NCBI GenBank assembly: GCA_009694045.1
Contig: SHVY01000003.1
Location: forward strand, 9,058 to 73,057
DNA from: Alphaproteobacteria bacterium
Lineage (GTDB): Bacteria > Pseudomonadota > Alphaproteobacteria > SP197
Reading direction: 5' to 3'
DNA: 64,000 nt
This document shows, piece after piece, positions 23,697 to 35,147 of the stretch. Made by a program: the position numbers and the translations under genes. The notes beneath the pieces are model-generated. The model worked only from the letters and a program-made list of their open reading frames with translations. It did not search any database and was not told the DNA's origin. The number at the start of each line of letters is the position of its first letter. Position 1 is the first letter of the stretch.

Positions 23697-24369
23697 CCCG
23701 GCTCTTTCACTCGACGGACTGAAGCGGGTCTTCGTCCAGGGCGGCAACCGGATCGAGGTGCTGCGCGGTGCGTCGCTGCGGCTGACGCCCGGGGAGCTGG
23801 TGGCCTTGGTCGGTCCGTCGGGGGCCGGAAAGTCCACGCTTCTGCACATCGCAGGACTCCTGGAACGGGCGGACGCCGGCGAGGTCAGCATCGGCCCGCT
23901 CGCCTGCGGCAGCATGTCGGACAGCGAACGCACGGCGCTGAGGCGCCGGCACCTGGGCTTCGTCTATCAGTTCCACCACCTGTTGCCCGAGTTCTCGGCG
24001 ATCGAGAACGTCATGCTGCCGCAGATGATCGCCGGCCGTACCCGTGCCGATGCCAAGACACGTGCGCGGGAATTGCTCGCGAGCCTCGGCCTCGCTGAAC
24101 GCGAAAGCTACCGGCCGGCGCGGCTTTCCGGCGGCGAGCAGCAGCGGGTCGCCTTCGCCCGCGCCCTCGCCAATGGCCCTTCGGTGCTGTTGGCGGACGA
24201 ACCGACCGGGAACCTCGACCCCGCCACCGCCGAGGTCGTCTTCAAGAGCATGGTGCGCATCGCCAAGGCCGCGGGCCTAGCCGCCCTGGTCGCTACCCAC
24301 AACCCCGACCTCGCCCGCCGCATGGACCGCACCCTGACCTTGCGCGACGGCATCGTGGTCGCGGATTGA
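23689..24369 (+). CDS. lolD: Lipoprotein-releasing ABC transporter ATP-binding protein
   Basis: 226 aa with Walker A GPSGAGKST, signature LSGGEQQRVAFARAL and Walker B LLADEPTGNLD. Overlaps lolC by 8 nt. Confidence 0.93.
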   Translation: MSDPALSLDGLKRVFVQGGNRIEVLRGASLRLTPGELVALVGPSGAGKSTLLHIAGLLERADAGEVSIGPLACGSMSDSERTALRRRHLGFVYQFHHLLPEFSAIENVMLPQMIAGRTRADAKTRARELLASLGLAERESYRPARLSGGEQQRVAFARALANGPSVLLADEPTGNLDPATAEVVFKSMVRIAKAAGLAALVATHNPDLARRMDRTLTLRDGIVVAD

Positions 24370-24490
24370 CGATTGACCAATAGACTCCTCGCGCATGGCC
24401 GGCTCGCGCGACACGCCTCCCCTTGCGGGTGGGGACGGGGAAGGGGACAATCGACGGCGACCCTCGCGCATCGACCTCTGATCATCCTCC

Positions 24491-27400
24491 ATGCCACACG
24501 CTGATTTCGTCCACCTGCGCGTTCATACGTCCTTCTCGTTGTCGGAAGGGGCGCTCAGGATTGTCGACTTGGCGAAGCTCTGCGTCGCCGATGCGATGCC
24601 GGCGGTGGCCATGACCGATCGCGGCAACCTGTTCGGGGCCATGGAATTCTCCGCCGCCTGCGCGGCCGCCGGGGTGCAGCCGATCATCGGCTGCGTCCTC
24701 GCCATTGGCGAGGCACCCGAGCCAGGCGTGCGGCGGCCGGAACCGACGCCCATCGTCGTCCTCGCCCGGAACGAGACCGGCTACCGCCACCTGGTCAAGC
24801 TGGTGAGCGCGAGCTTCCTTGAGACCGCGCCCGGCGATATTCCCCAGGTGCTCTGGACCCAACTCAAGGCCCTGAACGACGGGCTCATCGCCTTCACCGG
24901 TGGGCCCGCCGGCCCGGTCGATCGCCTGCTCATGGCAGGGCAGGGCGAAGCCGCGGATCTCGCATTGGCCAAGCTCGGGGACATCTTCCCGGGTCGCCTC
25001 TACGTCGAGTTGCAGCGTCATGGCGGCACGATTCCGGCGATCGAGGCAGCACTTCTCGACCTCGCGTATCGCCGCGGCCTGCCACTGGTCGCCACCAATG
25101 ACGTGCATTTCGCCGATGCCTCGATGTACGAGGCCCACGACGCACTCCTCTGCGTCGCCGATGGCGAGACGATCGGCCGCGCCGAGCGGCGGCGGCTCAC
25201 GCCGGACCATCGCTTCAAGTCGGCGGCCGAGATGCGCGGCCTGTTCGCCGACATCCCCGAAGCGATCGACAACACCATCGTCATCGCCCGCCGTTGCGCC
25301 GTGCAAGCGCCGAAGCGCGAGCCGATCCTGCCGCGGTTTCCCGACGCGGGCGCGGGCGGGGAGGCGGCCCTGCTGCGCCAGCAGGCGGAGGTCGGGCTCG
25401 ATCGGCGGCTCGATGCGCATGTCTTCACGCCCGGGATGGACGCCGCGGCGCGCGCGGCCGCCGCCGCCCCGTACCGGGCGCGCCTCGATTTCGAGTTGGG
25501 CGTCATCGAAGCGATGAAGTTCCCCGGCTACTTCCTGATCGTCGCCGATTTCATCCAGTGGGCGAAGCGCCAGGGCATCCCGGTGGGTCCGGGCCGCGGC
25601 TCCGGCGCCGGATCGGTCGCCGCCTGGTCTCTCACCATCACCGACCTGGACCCGCTACGGCACGGCCTGCTGTTCGAGCGCTTCTTGAACCCGGAGCGGG
25701 TGTCGATGCCCGATTTCGACATCGACTTCTGCCAGGAACGCCGCGACGAGGTGATCCGCTATGTAGCGGGGCGCTACGGCACCGATCGGGTGGCGCAGAT
25801 CATCACCTTCGGCACCCTCCAGGCACGGGCGGCGCTGCGCGACGTGGGCCGCGTCCTCGAGATGGCCTACGGCCAGGTCGATCGTTTGTGCAAGCTGGTG
25901 CCCTACAACCCGGCGCATCCTGTCAAGCTCGCCGAAGCGATCGAGCGCGAGCCTCAGCTCCAGGAGGCGCGCGACAGCGACCTGCAGGTCAAGCGCCTGC
26001 TCGACATCGCGCTCAAGCTGGAGGGCCTGCACCGTCACGCCTCGACCCATGCCGCCGGCATCGTGATCGGCGATCGGCCGCTCGACGAACTGGTGCCGCT
26101 GTACCGCGATCCCCGCTCGTCGATGCCGGTGACCCAGTTCCACATGAAGGACGTGGAGAAGGCCGGTCTGGTGAAGTTCGACTTTCTCGGGCTGAAGACC
26201 CTGTCGGTCCTGCACCGCGCGATCGAACTTCTCGCGAACCGGGGCGTGACCTTGGATTTGGCGACCTTGCCCCTGGACGACGCCCCGACCTACGCGGTGC
26301 TGTCGCGGGGCGACACCGCCGGGATCTTCCAGCTTGAAGGTGCGGGCGTGCGCGACGTGGTGCGTCGGCTCAGGCCCGACACTTTCAGCGACATCGTCGC
26401 CCTGGTCGCGCTCTACCGCCCGGGCCCGATGGACAACATCCCGCGCTTCGTCGCCTGCAAGCACGGCGAGGAGCAGCCGGACTACATGCTGCCCCAGCTC
26501 GAGCCGATCCTCAGGGAGACCTACGGGGTCATCGTCTACCAGGAACAAGTGATGCAGATCGCCCAGGTCCTGGGCGGTTTCAACCTAGGCGCCGCCGATC
26601 TTCTGCGCCGCGCCATGGGCAAGAAGATCAAGAAGGAGATGGAGGCCCAGCGCGACGCGTTCCTCACGGGTGCCCTCGCGAACGGGGTCGGCCGAGCCCA
26701 GGCGACTCAAGTGTTCGATCTCCTGGCTCGTTTCGCGGACTACGGCTTCAACAAGAGCCATGCCGCCGCTTACGCCCTGGTGGCCTATCAGACCGCCTAC
26801 CTCAAGGCCCACCACCCGGTCGAGTTCCTCGCGGCGTCGATGAGCTTCGAACTCGCCAACACCGACCGGCTCAACGTCTTCCGCGAGGAATCCGAGCACC
26901 TTGGCGTCCGGGTTCTGGCGCCCGATCTCAACCGCTCCGAGGCAAACTTCGGGGTGGAGGAGGGGGCCGTTCGCTACGGCCTCGCCGCCGTCAAAGGGGT
27001 CGGGTTGCAGGCCATGGAGGCCGTGGTCGCGGAGCGTCGGCGCGGCGGTCCCTTCGCCGATCTGGCCGACTTCGCCGACCGGGTCGATTCCCGAGCGATC
27101 AACCGCCGGCAGCTCGAGGGTCTGGTGCGGGCCGGAGCCTGCGACGGACTGAACCCGAACCGCGCGCAGGTTCTCGCGGGCATCGACGCGATGATCGCCC
27201 GCGCCGGGGCCGCGGCCCGCAGCCGGGACAGCGGCCAGGTCGGCCTATTCGATGGCGGCGAGGCGATCCGTGTGCCCCTGCCGCTGCCCGACGTGCCCGA
27301 TTGGGCGCCGGTCGAACGGCTGCGGCAGGAACACGACGCGCTCGGATTCTACCTGTCCGCGCACCCCCTGACCGCCTATGTGCCAGCGCTTGCCAAGCTT

Positions 27401-27934
27401 GGGGTCCCGTCATCGAGTTCGCTCGCCGCCATGCTCGCCAACGTCGACGAGGCCGAATTTCGCCTGGCCGGCGTGCCGATCGCTCGGCGAGAGCGAACCG
27501 GCAACCATGGCCGCCGGTTCGCCTTCGTCCAGATGAGCGATGTCAGCGGCACCTACGAAGTCGTCATGTTCCATGACATCCTCGCCGCCAGCCGCGACCT
27601 GCTCGACTCCGGCGCGCCCTTGCTGCTCTTGGTCGACGCCCGCCGCGACGGAGACACCGTCCGCCTCGCCGCGCGCACGGTGCAGGCTTTGGATCGGGTG
27701 GTAGCGGCCTCGACCCAGTCCCTGCGGGTCGTACTCGACGCTTCTGCGGGCCTGAACGCACTCCGTTCGGCCCTGCTCGGCAGCGAAAAGGGGTCCGGCA
27801 CGGTGCGGGTCGTGGTGCGGGCCTTGGGTGCCGATGACGTCGAAATCCTGCTGCCCGGAGGCTATGCCCTGACCCCGTCTCTGTGGGCACGGCTCGCCGC
27901 GGCGCCGGGCATCGCGGCGGTCGAGGCCGGTTGA
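24491..27934 (+). CDS. dnaE: DNA polymerase III subunit alpha
   Basis: 1147 aa. PHP N-terminus FVHLRVHTSFSLSEGA; GRGSGAGSVAAWSLTITDLDP; PDFDIDF. Confidence 0.97.
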   Translation: MPHADFVHLRVHTSFSLSEGALRIVDLAKLCVADAMPAVAMTDRGNLFGAMEFSAACAAAGVQPIIGCVLAIGEAPEPGVRRPEPTPIVVLARNETGYRHLVKLVSASFLETAPGDIPQVLWTQLKALNDGLIAFTGGPAGPVDRLLMAGQGEAADLALAKLGDIFPGRLYVELQRHGGTIPAIEAALLDLAYRRGLPLVATNDVHFADASMYEAHDALLCVADGETIGRAERRRLTPDHRFKSAAEMRGLFADIPEAIDNTIVIARRCAVQAPKREPILPRFPDAGAGGEAALLRQQAEVGLDRRLDAHVFTPGMDAAARAAAAAPYRARLDFELGVIEAMKFPGYFLIVADFIQWAKRQGIPVGPGRGSGAGSVAAWSLTITDLDPLRHGLLFERFLNPERVSMPDFDIDFCQERRDEVIRYVAGRYGTDRVAQIITFGTLQARAALRDVGRVLEMAYGQVDRLCKLVPYNPAHPVKLAEAIEREPQLQEARDSDLQVKRLLDIALKLEGLHRHASTHAAGIVIGDRPLDELVPLYRDPRSSMPVTQFHMKDVEKAGLVKFDFLGLKTLSVLHRAIELLANRGVTLDLATLPLDDAPTYAVLSRGDTAGIFQLEGAGVRDVVRRLRPDTFSDIVALVALYRPGPMDNIPRFVACKHGEEQPDYMLPQLEPILRETYGVIVYQEQVMQIAQVLGGFNLGAADLLRRAMGKKIKKEMEAQRDAFLTGALANGVGRAQATQVFDLLARFADYGFNKSHAAAYALVAYQTAYLKAHHPVEFLAASMSFELANTDRLNVFREESEHLGVRVLAPDLNRSEANFGVEEGAVRYGLAAVKGVGLQAMEAVVAERRRGGPFADLADFADRVDSRAINRRQLEGLVRAGACDGLNPNRAQVLAGIDAMIARAGAAARSRDSGQVGLFDGGEAIRVPLPLPDVPDWAPVERLRQEHDALGFYLSAHPLTAYVPALAKLGVPSSSSLAAMLANVDEAEFRLAGVPIARRERTGNHGRRFAFVQMSDVSGTYEVVMFHDILAASRDLLDSGAPLLLLVDARRDGDTVRLAARTVQALDRVVAASTQSLRVVLDASAGLNALRSALLGSEKGSGTVRVVVRALGADDVEILLPGGYALTPSLWARLAAAPGIAAVEAG

Positions 27935-27942
27935 CGTAAAGC

Positions 27943-27971
27943 TTGCCCGAAGCCCGCCAAGGGGCTAAAAG
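27943..27971 (+). promoter_or_regulatory. Candidate sigma-70-type promoter for rpsB-tsf (TTGCCC-N17-TAAAAG)
   Basis: Hexamers read by eye in the 146-nt gap after the dnaE stop. This would give a leader of about 100 nt before the rpsB ATG at 28081 (GGAGAAGG Shine-Dalgarno). Not supported beyond pattern match. Confidence 0.25.
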
Positions 27972-28080
27972 TACGCGGTTTTCAACTCGCACGCGGGTTC
28001 CGCGGCCACCTGGCCGCTCCGGTGCCGGGGACACCCTCGGTCACGACCCGCGGAGGCTTAACCGGAGAAGGTAATAAACG

Positions 28081-28893
28081 ATGGCGGTACCTGCTTTTTC
28101 CATGCGTCAGCTGCTCGAGGCTGGCGTTCATTTCGGGCACCAGACCCGGCGTTGGAATCCGAAAATGGCGCCGTTCCTGTTCGGCGTCCGCAACGACATT
28201 CACATCATCGACCTGCAGCAGACGGTCCCGTTGCTGCAGCGGGCGCTGGAAAGCATCCGCGAGGTGGTATCCAGCGGCGGGCGCGTCCTGTTCGTGGGGA
28301 CGAAGCGCCAGGCGGCCGAGGCGGTCGCCGCGTCGGCCAAGCGTTGCGGCCAATACTACGTCAACCACCGTTGGCTCGGCGGCATGTTGACCAACTGGAA
28401 GACCGTGTCGCAGTCGATCAACCGCCTTCGCGAACTCGACCAGACCCTGGGCGGCGACACCACCGGCCTGACGAAGAAGGAAGTCCTTCAGCTCAGCCGC
28501 GAGCGCGAGAAGCTCGATCGCGCGCTGGGGGGGATCAAGGAAATGGGCGGCCTGCCCGATGCCCTGTTCGTCATCGACACGAACAAGGAGCAGCTCGCGG
28601 TGGCCGAGGCGCGGAAGTTGGGTATCCCGGTCACGGCCATTCTCGACAGCAACTCCGATCCGGACGGCATCACCCTGCCGGTCCCCGGCAATGACGACGC
28701 CATCCGCGCCATCGCGATTTATTGCGACCTGGTATCCGGGGCGATTCTCGATGGGTTGCAGCAGGAAATGGTGGCACGCGGCGAGGACGTCGGGGCTTCG
28801 GAACAGGCGCCGGTCGGCGACCTGCCCGCCGCCGACGCGATGGCCACGGCGGGCGCGGACCTGCCGATCGCGGGCGACGGCGCCCCGGCCTGA
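28081..28893 (+). CDS. rpsB: 30S ribosomal protein S2
   Basis: 270 aa with [19 protein letters not shown] motif. Confidence 0.97.
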   Translation: MAVPAFSMRQLLEAGVHFGHQTRRWNPKMAPFLFGVRNDIHIIDLQQTVPLLQRALESIREVVSSGGRVLFVGTKRQAAEAVAASAKRCGQYYVNHRWLGGMLTNWKTVSQSINRLRELDQTLGGDTTGLTKKEVLQLSREREKLDRALGGIKEMGGLPDALFVIDTNKEQLAVAEARKLGIPVTAILDSNSDPDGITLPVPGNDDAIRAIAIYCDLVSGAILDGLQQEMVARGEDVGASEQAPVGDLPAADAMATAGADLPIAGDGAPA

Positions 28894-28926
28894 TCGCCCG
28901 GCCACAGCAATCGTTGGAGGAAGACG

Positions 28927-29850
28927 ATGGCGGAGATCTCAGCCGCGCTGGTCAAGGAACTGCGCGACAAGACCGGCGCCGGCATGATGGACTGCAAGAA
29001 GGCCCTCAACGAAACCGGCGCCAATCTGCAGGACGCGATCGATTGGCTGCGCAAGAAGGGCCTGGCGTCGGCGGCGAAGAAGGCCGGGCGCGTGGCGGCG
29101 GATGGGCTGATCGCGGCGGCGCTGGCTGACGGCAAGGGTGCCCTCGTCGAGGTCAACGCCGAAACCGATTTCGTCGCCCGCAACGAGGCGTTCCAGGACT
29201 ATGCGCGCACCGTCGCCCAGGTCGCGATCGCGGTCGGATGCGACATGAATGCCCTCAAGGGCGCCGCCTACCCCGGTGCGGGCTGCGGCGTCGCCGAACA
29301 GGCCACGAACTTGATCGCCAAGATCGGCGAGAACATCGCGCTGCGCCGGGCCGCCTGCCTCAGCGTGGTCCAGGGTGTCGTCGCCGGTTACGTCCACGCC
29401 GCCGTCGCGCCCAACCTCGGCAAGATCGGTGTGCTCGTCGCCCTCGAATCCGCGGGCGATCAGGGGCAGCTCCAGGCTCTCGGCAAACAGCTCGCCATGC
29501 ACATCGCGGCGGCCAAGCCCGAATCGATTGCCGTGGCGGACCTGGACCAGTCCCTGGTCGCCCGCGAACGGGCGGTGCTGACCGACCAGGCCCAGGAGAG
29601 CAAGAAACCCGCCGACGTGATCGCCAAGATGGTCGAGGGCCGGCTTCGCAAGTACTACCAGGACGTCGTGCTGATGGAGCAGCTCTTCGTCATCGACGGC
29701 GAAAGCCGCGTGTCCCAGGTGGTCGAACGTCTGGCGAAGCAGCTTGGACAGGCGGTCAAGGTCGCGGGGTTCGTCCGCTTCGGGCTCGGCGAGGGCATCG
29801 ACAAGGGCACGGCCGACTTCGCCACCGAGGTCGCGCAGCTCACGCGATAG
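28927..29850 (+). CDS. tsf: Elongation factor Ts
   Basis: 307 aa with [24 protein letters not shown] motif. Confidence 0.97.
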   Translation: MAEISAALVKELRDKTGAGMMDCKKALNETGANLQDAIDWLRKKGLASAAKKAGRVAADGLIAAALADGKGALVEVNAETDFVARNEAFQDYARTVAQVAIAVGCDMNALKGAAYPGAGCGVAEQATNLIAKIGENIALRRAACLSVVQGVVAGYVHAAVAPNLGKIGVLVALESAGDQGQLQALGKQLAMHIAAAKPESIAVADLDQSLVARERAVLTDQAQESKKPADVIAKMVEGRLRKYYQDVVLMEQLFVIDGESRVSQVVERLAKQLGQAVKVAGFVRFGLGEGIDKGTADFATEVAQLTR

Positions 29851-29928
29851 ACGAGCCAGACCCGGTGCGGCCTGACCACCCATGGTGTATCGTGTCGGCC
29901 GTCCGGGACGACTGGCGGCGGGGGAGTC

Positions 29929-30666
29929 ATGGCTGACGGCGTCAGGTATCGTCGCGTCCTGCTGAAGGTATCGGGCGAGGCTCTGATGGGCGATGTCACC
30001 TATGGCCTCGATCCCGTGACGGTGGATCGCATCGCCCAGGAGGTCGGCAGCGCCCACGGCATCGGCGCCGAGATATGCCTCGTGGTCGGCGGCGGGAACA
30101 TCTTCCGTGGCATCGCCGGTGCCGCGGTGGGCATGGAGCGGGCCAGCGCCGACTACATGGGCATGCTGGCAACGGTGATCAACGCGCTCGCCCTGCAGAA
30201 CGCCTTGGAGAAGATCAACGTCGCGACCCGGGTCCTATCGGCGATCCCGATGCAGTCGGTGTGCGAGCCATACATCCGGCGGCGCGCGATTCGCCACATG
30301 GAAAAGGGGCGGGTGGTCATCTTCGCGGCCGGCACCGGCAATCCGTTCTTCACCACCGACACGGCGGCGGCGCTCAGGGCCGTGGAGATGGGCTGCGATG
30401 CCCTGCTCAAGGGCACCCATACGGTCGATGGGGTCTATTCCGCCGATCCGATGCGCGATCGGTCAGCGGTGCGCTATGATCGCCTCGATTACAAGGAAGT
30501 GCTGGCGCGGGACCTTAATGTCATGGATGCCGCAGCGATCCAACTCGCCCGCGAGAACCGGATTCCGATCCTCGTCTTCTCGCTGCGGCAACATGGATCG
30601 CTCGCGCGGGTTCTGCAGGGTGCCGGGATTTTTACCCTGATCGCGGAGGATGTGAGCGGTGGCTGA
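29929..30666 (+). CDS. pyrH: UMP kinase
   Basis: 245 aa with [13 protein letters not shown] and GGGNIFRG motifs. Confidence 0.96.
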   Translation: MADGVRYRRVLLKVSGEALMGDVTYGLDPVTVDRIAQEVGSAHGIGAEICLVVGGGNIFRGIAGAAVGMERASADYMGMLATVINALALQNALEKINVATRVLSAIPMQSVCEPYIRRRAIRHMEKGRVVIFAAGTGNPFFTTDTAAALRAVEMGCDALLKGTHTVDGVYSADPMRDRSAVRYDRLDYKEVLARDLNVMDAAAIQLARENRIPILVFSLRQHGSLARVLQGAGIFTLIAEDVSGG

Positions 30667-31216
30667 CCCCGATCTAGGCGAATTCACACGCCGTATGGAT
30701 GGCGCCCTCGAGGCGCTGCGCAAGGAGTTTCTGGGGCTGCGGACGGGCCGGGCTTCGGCCAGCCTCCTGGAACCCGTGGTCGTGCTGGCCTACGGGACGG
30801 AGATGCCGATCGCGCAGCTCGGCACCGTGAACGTGCCGGAGGCGCGGCTGATCACCGTCCAGGTCTGGGACAAGGGCAACGTCAAGGCGGTGGAAAGTGC
30901 CATCCGCAGCGCTGGCCTCGGCCTCAACCCGATGTCCGACGGCCAACTGATCCGGATCCCCATTCCCCAGCTCGATGCCGAACGCCGGGCCGAGCTCACC
31001 AAGGTGGCCGGCCGCTACGGCGAACAAGCCCGGGTCGCGGTTCGCAATGTCCGGCGCGACGGCATGGAGCATTTGAAACGGATGGTTCGCGACAGCGAAC
31101 TGTCGGAGGACGAGCACGAGCTGTGGTCCGAGGAAATTCAGTCCATGACCGACTCGCATATCAAGAAGATCGACGAGTCCGTGGCCCACAAGCAGGCGGA
31201 GATCTCGCAGGTCTGA
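30659..31216 (+). CDS. frr: Ribosome recycling factor
   Basis: 185 aa with typical RRF sequence ([27 protein letters not shown]). Confidence 0.96.
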   Translation: MADPDLGEFTRRMDGALEALRKEFLGLRTGRASASLLEPVVVLAYGTEMPIAQLGTVNVPEARLITVQVWDKGNVKAVESAIRSAGLGLNPMSDGQLIRIPIPQLDAERRAELTKVAGRYGEQARVAVRNVRRDGMEHLKRMVRDSELSEDEHELWSEEIQSMTDSHIKKIDESVAHKQAEISQV

Positions 31217-31220
31217 GCCG

Positions 31221-31955
31221 ATGAAGGTAGCTTCGCAGTCGTCAACGCCACCACCTTCGCCCCGCCACATCGCGATCATCATGGATGGCAACGGCCGCTG
31301 GGCTCAGGCCCGCGGCTTGCCGCGGGTGGCCGGCCATCGCCAAGGAGCCGAGGCGGTGCGACGCGCGGTCGTCGCATGTATCGAGCTGGGTGTGGATTAC
31401 CTGACGATCTACGCGTTCTCGTCGGAGAACTGGAAGCGGCCCGAGCGCGAGATCGACGACCTGATGGGCCTGCTCGGCCTCTACCTGCGGAACGAAGTCG
31501 CCGAGCTGTCGCAGCGTGGCGTGCGAGTTTGCTTCATCGGCGATCGTGGCCGCCTTTCGACCGACATCCGCAAACTCATCGACCAGGCGGAGGCGTCCAC
31601 CCGCGAGAACAAGGCGCTGACATTGACGGTCGCCCTCAACTACGGCGGCCGCCAGGAGATCGTCCGCGCGGCGCGACGCATCGCGGAAGACGCGGTTGCC
31701 GGCCGATTGGGCGCGGCGGCGGTCGAGGAGTATCTGTTCTCCGGCTACCTCGATACCGCCGGCGTGCCGGACCCCGACCTCGTCATTCGCACCAGTGGCG
31801 AGCAGCGTCTCAGCAACTTTCTCCTGTGGCAGGCGGCCTATGCCGAGTTGGTGTTTCTGCCAACCCTCTGGCCGGATTTTCGCAAGCGTGATCTGGAGGA
31901 GGCAATCGCGGAATACATGAAGCGCGAACGGCGGTACGGCGCATCCAGTGGCTGA
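31221..31955 (+). CDS. uppS: Undecaprenyl diphosphate synthase
   Basis: 244 aa with [13 protein letters not shown] and [13 protein letters not shown] motifs. Confidence 0.95.
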   Translation: MKVASQSSTPPPSPRHIAIIMDGNGRWAQARGLPRVAGHRQGAEAVRRAVVACIELGVDYLTIYAFSSENWKRPEREIDDLMGLLGLYLRNEVAELSQRGVRVCFIGDRGRLSTDIRKLIDQAEASTRENKALTLTVALNYGGRQEIVRAARRIAEDAVAGRLGAAAVEEYLFSGYLDTAGVPDPDLVIRTSGEQRLSNFLLWQAAYAELVFLPTLWPDFRKRDLEEAIAEYMKRERRYGASSG

Positions 31956-32772
31956 CGCGGGAACGTCGCCCTCCATCTGGCCGCGTATTGCCTCATCGCT
32001 GGTGCTCGGGATCGCCGCCGTGTCGGTCACGATCGCCGGAACCTGGTTCTTCGCGATAACCGTCCTCGCCATCGCCATGCTCATGGCCTGGGAATGGCTG
32101 GGCGTAACCGGGACACCCAGGTCCTGGCCCCTGTTCGCCGCTGTCGCCTTGGTCTGGTTGGCGGCGTTGACGCTGCCGGGCTGGGGCGCGGCGCTGCTTC
32201 TCGCGGCCATCGTCGCCGGGCTCTACGGCGGCCGCGATGTCCTGGCTCGGGGCGACCCCGGGCCGGGCTGGCTCGCCGCCAGCGCGGCCTACATCGGCGT
32301 GCCGATGATCGCCATCCTCTGGCTGCGCTTTGGACTGCACCCCAGCCCTTGGATCATTCTGTGGCTGTTCGCCGTCGTCTGGGCGACCGATATCGGCGCC
32401 TTCTTCGTCGGTCGTTCGCTTGGCGGCCTTCGCCTTGCCCCGATCTGGAGTCCGAAGAAGACCTGGTCCGGGGCCGTGGGCGGTCTTGTGGGGGCCTTGG
32501 CGGCCGCGGCCGTCCTCATCGACGTGGGCATGAGCCCCCAACCTTGGGTGTTTCTGGTCGCCGCGGGCCTCGTGAGCGTCCTCGGGCAGGCCGGGGATCT
32601 GCTTGAGTCCGTCGTCAAACGCCGCTTCAACCGCAAGGACAGCGGCCAGCTCATCCCCGGACATGGTGGCGTCCTGGATCGGCTTGATAGTATGGTCCTG
32701 GCGGCGCCGACCTTGGCGTTGCTGGTCGCCCTCGCGGGCGGGGAGGCATGGCTCTGGCGGAACGGCGAATGA
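31948..32772 (+). CDS. cdsA: Phosphatidate cytidylyltransferase
   Basis: 274 aa, polytopic. C-terminal signature [28 protein letters not shown]. Confidence 0.94.
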   Translation: MADAGTSPSIWPRIASSLVLGIAAVSVTIAGTWFFAITVLAIAMLMAWEWLGVTGTPRSWPLFAAVALVWLAALTLPGWGAALLLAAIVAGLYGGRDVLARGDPGPGWLAASAAYIGVPMIAILWLRFGLHPSPWIILWLFAVVWATDIGAFFVGRSLGGLRLAPIWSPKKTWSGAVGGLVGALAAAAVLIDVGMSPQPWVFLVAAGLVSVLGQAGDLLESVVKRRFNRKDSGQLIPGHGGVLDRLDSMVLAAPTLALLVALAGGEAWLWRNGE

Positions 32773-33977
32773 ACGGAGCTGCGACGGGCAATCATCCGCG
32801 TAGCGTGACGATCCTGGGCTCGACGGGTTCCGTCGGCCGCAGCACCATCGATCTGATCGAGCGCCATCCCGGCGCCTATCGGGTCGAGGCCCTGGCCGGC
32901 AATTCACGGGTCGGCGACTTGATCGAGCAGGCGCTTCGGCTGCGCCCCCGATTCGTGGCGACCGCCGATGCCGCGCGCTACCAGGAACTGAAGGACGGTC
33001 TTGCCGGCACCGGTATCGCGACCGGCGCCGGCGCCGCCGCGGTGTGCGAGGCCGCCGAACGCGACGCCGAATGGGTCATGGCGGGGATCGTGGGCGCGGC
33101 CGGTTTGGAACCGACGCTCCGGGCCATTCGGCGGGGCGCCATTGTTGCCCTGGCGAACAAGGAGAGCCTGGTCTGCGCGGGCGACCTGGTGATGGCCGAA
33201 GTCGCGCGCTGCGGCGCGACGCTCCTGCCCGTCGATTCCGAGCACAACGCGATCTTCCAGGTGTTCGATGCGCACCATAAACCAGCGGTGGAGCGGATCA
33301 TTCTCACCGCCTCCGGCGGGCCGTTTCGCACCTTCGACCGGGCGGCGATGGCATCCGCGTCCCCCGCCCAGGCTGTCGCCCATCCCAACTGGTCGATGGG
33401 CGCCAAGATCTCGGTGGATTCCGCGACCCTCATGAACAAGGGGCTGGAGCTGATCGAGGCCTTCCATCTGTTTGGCGTGTCCGAGGCGTGCCTCGACGTG
33501 CTCATCCACCCGCAATCGGTGATCCACAGCATGGTGGCCTATATCGATGGTTCGGTGCTGGCTCAGCTTGGCTCGCCCGATATGCGGACGCCGATCGCCT
33601 ATGCGCTCGGCTGGCCCAACCGCATCGCCGCGCCCTCCGCCAGGCTCGACCTCGCGACCATCGGCCAATTGACGTTCGAGCCACCGGACCCGGTGCGGTT
33701 TCCCGCCCTTCGGCTGGCACGCGAGGCCTTGCGGACCGGCGGTTCGGCCCCAACTATCCTGAGTGCCGCCAACGAAATCGCGGTGGCTCGGTTCCTTGCC
33801 GGTGGCCTTGGATTCCTCGGCATCGCCGAGATCGTGGAGGATGTCTTGGAGGCATTGCCAGCCACACGCCCGACCAGTATCGCGGACGTGATCGAGATCG
33901 ACGCCGAAGCGCGGCGCCTCGCCGCCCGCCGGCTTGATCGCCGCGCCGTCGACGCACCCCTGGTCAGGTTCGCCTGA
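32769..33977 (+). CDS. dxr: 1-deoxy-D-xylulose 5-phosphate reductoisomerase
   Basis: ATG 32769 overlaps the cdsA stop (ATGA), within ORF 32748..33977. Motifs ILGSTGSVGRSTIDL and LANKESLV. Confidence 0.94.
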   Translation: MNGAATGNHPRSVTILGSTGSVGRSTIDLIERHPGAYRVEALAGNSRVGDLIEQALRLRPRFVATADAARYQELKDGLAGTGIATGAGAAAVCEAAERDAEWVMAGIVGAAGLEPTLRAIRRGAIVALANKESLVCAGDLVMAEVARCGATLLPVDSEHNAIFQVFDAHHKPAVERIILTASGGPFRTFDRAAMASASPAQAVAHPNWSMGAKISVDSATLMNKGLELIEAFHLFGVSEACLDVLIHPQSVIHSMVAYIDGSVLAQLGSPDMRTPIAYALGWPNRIAAPSARLDLATIGQLTFEPPDPVRFPALRLAREALRTGGSAPTILSAANEIAVARFLAGGLGFLGIAEIVEDVLEALPATRPTSIADVIEIDAEARRLAARRLDRRAVDAPLVRFA

Positions 33978-35050
33978 TGGACATCATCAATTTCGCGTGG
34001 ACGAACGGCGTTGCGTTCGTCTTCATCCTCTCCGTCATCGTCTTCGTCCATGAACTCGGGCACTACCTGGTCGCGCGCGGCAACGGCGTCCGAGTCGAGG
34101 TGTTTTCCATCGGTTTCGGGCCCGAACTGCGCGGGTGGACCGACCGCGCCGGAACCCGCTGGAAGATCAGCCTGTTGCCCTTGGGCGGCTACGTGAAGAT
34201 GTTCGGCGAGCAGGAGCAACAGGCGAACCCCGATGCCTTCCACAGCAAGCGGGTTGGGCAGCGCGCCGCGATCGTCGTGGCCGGCCCCGCTGCCAATTTC
34301 CTGTTCGCCATCGTCCTGCTCGCGGTTCTGTTCGCGACGGTGGGTCAGCGGGTCACCCCGCCCGACCTCACCTCCATCACGCCCGACAGCGCCGCGGAAG
34401 AGGCCGGGTTCCTTCCCGGCGACCTGATCGTCAGCATCGACGGCGCGCCGATCGATCGGTTCGAGGACATTCAGGAGATCGTCTACGACAGCCCGGGGGT
34501 CGCGCTGTCCGTGGTGGTCAGACGCGGCGATGCCGAGGTGGCCCTCGCGGTCACGCCTCGGCTGGTCGAGACCGAGGACCTGTTCGGGAACATCCACCGG
34601 ATCGGCCGGTTGGGGATCGGTCGCTCGGGCGGGGTCGTGTTCATCCCCCTCGATCCGTTCGCGGCCGTCCTGACCGCGGCGACCGAGACGTGGCGCATCT
34701 CGTGGGCGACCCTCGACGGGGTCGGCCAGATGATCGCGGGAACCCGCGATTCCGACGAATTGGGTGGGCCGATTCGAATCGCCCAGATGTCGGGCCATGT
34801 CGCCGAGGAAGGCTGGATCATGATCGGCTGGTTCATGGCCGTGTTGTCGATCAACCTCGGCCTGATCAACCTGTTTCCGGTTCCCATGCTGGACGGTGGG
34901 CACTTGCTGTTCCAGCTCCTGGAGGCCGTTCGCGGCCGCCCCTTGGGCGAACGGGCCCAGGAGGTCGGCATGCGCATCGGCTTGGCCCTGGTGGTCAGCC
35001 TGATGGTGTTCGCGACCTGGAACGATCTCGTGCACCTGGAGATCTTTTGA
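33977..35050 (+). CDS. rseP: RIP metalloprotease RseP (site-2 protease)
   Basis: 357 aa with HELGHYLVAR zinc motif, a PDZ-like middle region and NLFPVPMLDGGH. Confidence 0.94.
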   Translation: MDIINFAWTNGVAFVFILSVIVFVHELGHYLVARGNGVRVEVFSIGFGPELRGWTDRAGTRWKISLLPLGGYVKMFGEQEQQANPDAFHSKRVGQRAAIVVAGPAANFLFAIVLLAVLFATVGQRVTPPDLTSITPDSAAEEAGFLPGDLIVSIDGAPIDRFEDIQEIVYDSPGVALSVVVRRGDAEVALAVTPRLVETEDLFGNIHRIGRLGIGRSGGVVFIPLDPFAAVLTAATETWRISWATLDGVGQMIAGTRDSDELGGPIRIAQMSGHVAEEGWIMIGWFMAVLSINLGLINLFPVPMLDGGHLLFQLLEAVRGRPLGERAQEVGMRIGLALVVSLMVFATWNDLVHLEIF

Positions 35051-35147
35051 GCCGCTCCGGCGCGGCCTTTCGCGACAAAACGCAATGGTGTAGTAACGGG
35101 CTCGGCTGGAATCGACCGCCTCGGCGGCGGCGCGCGACCGGTCACGA

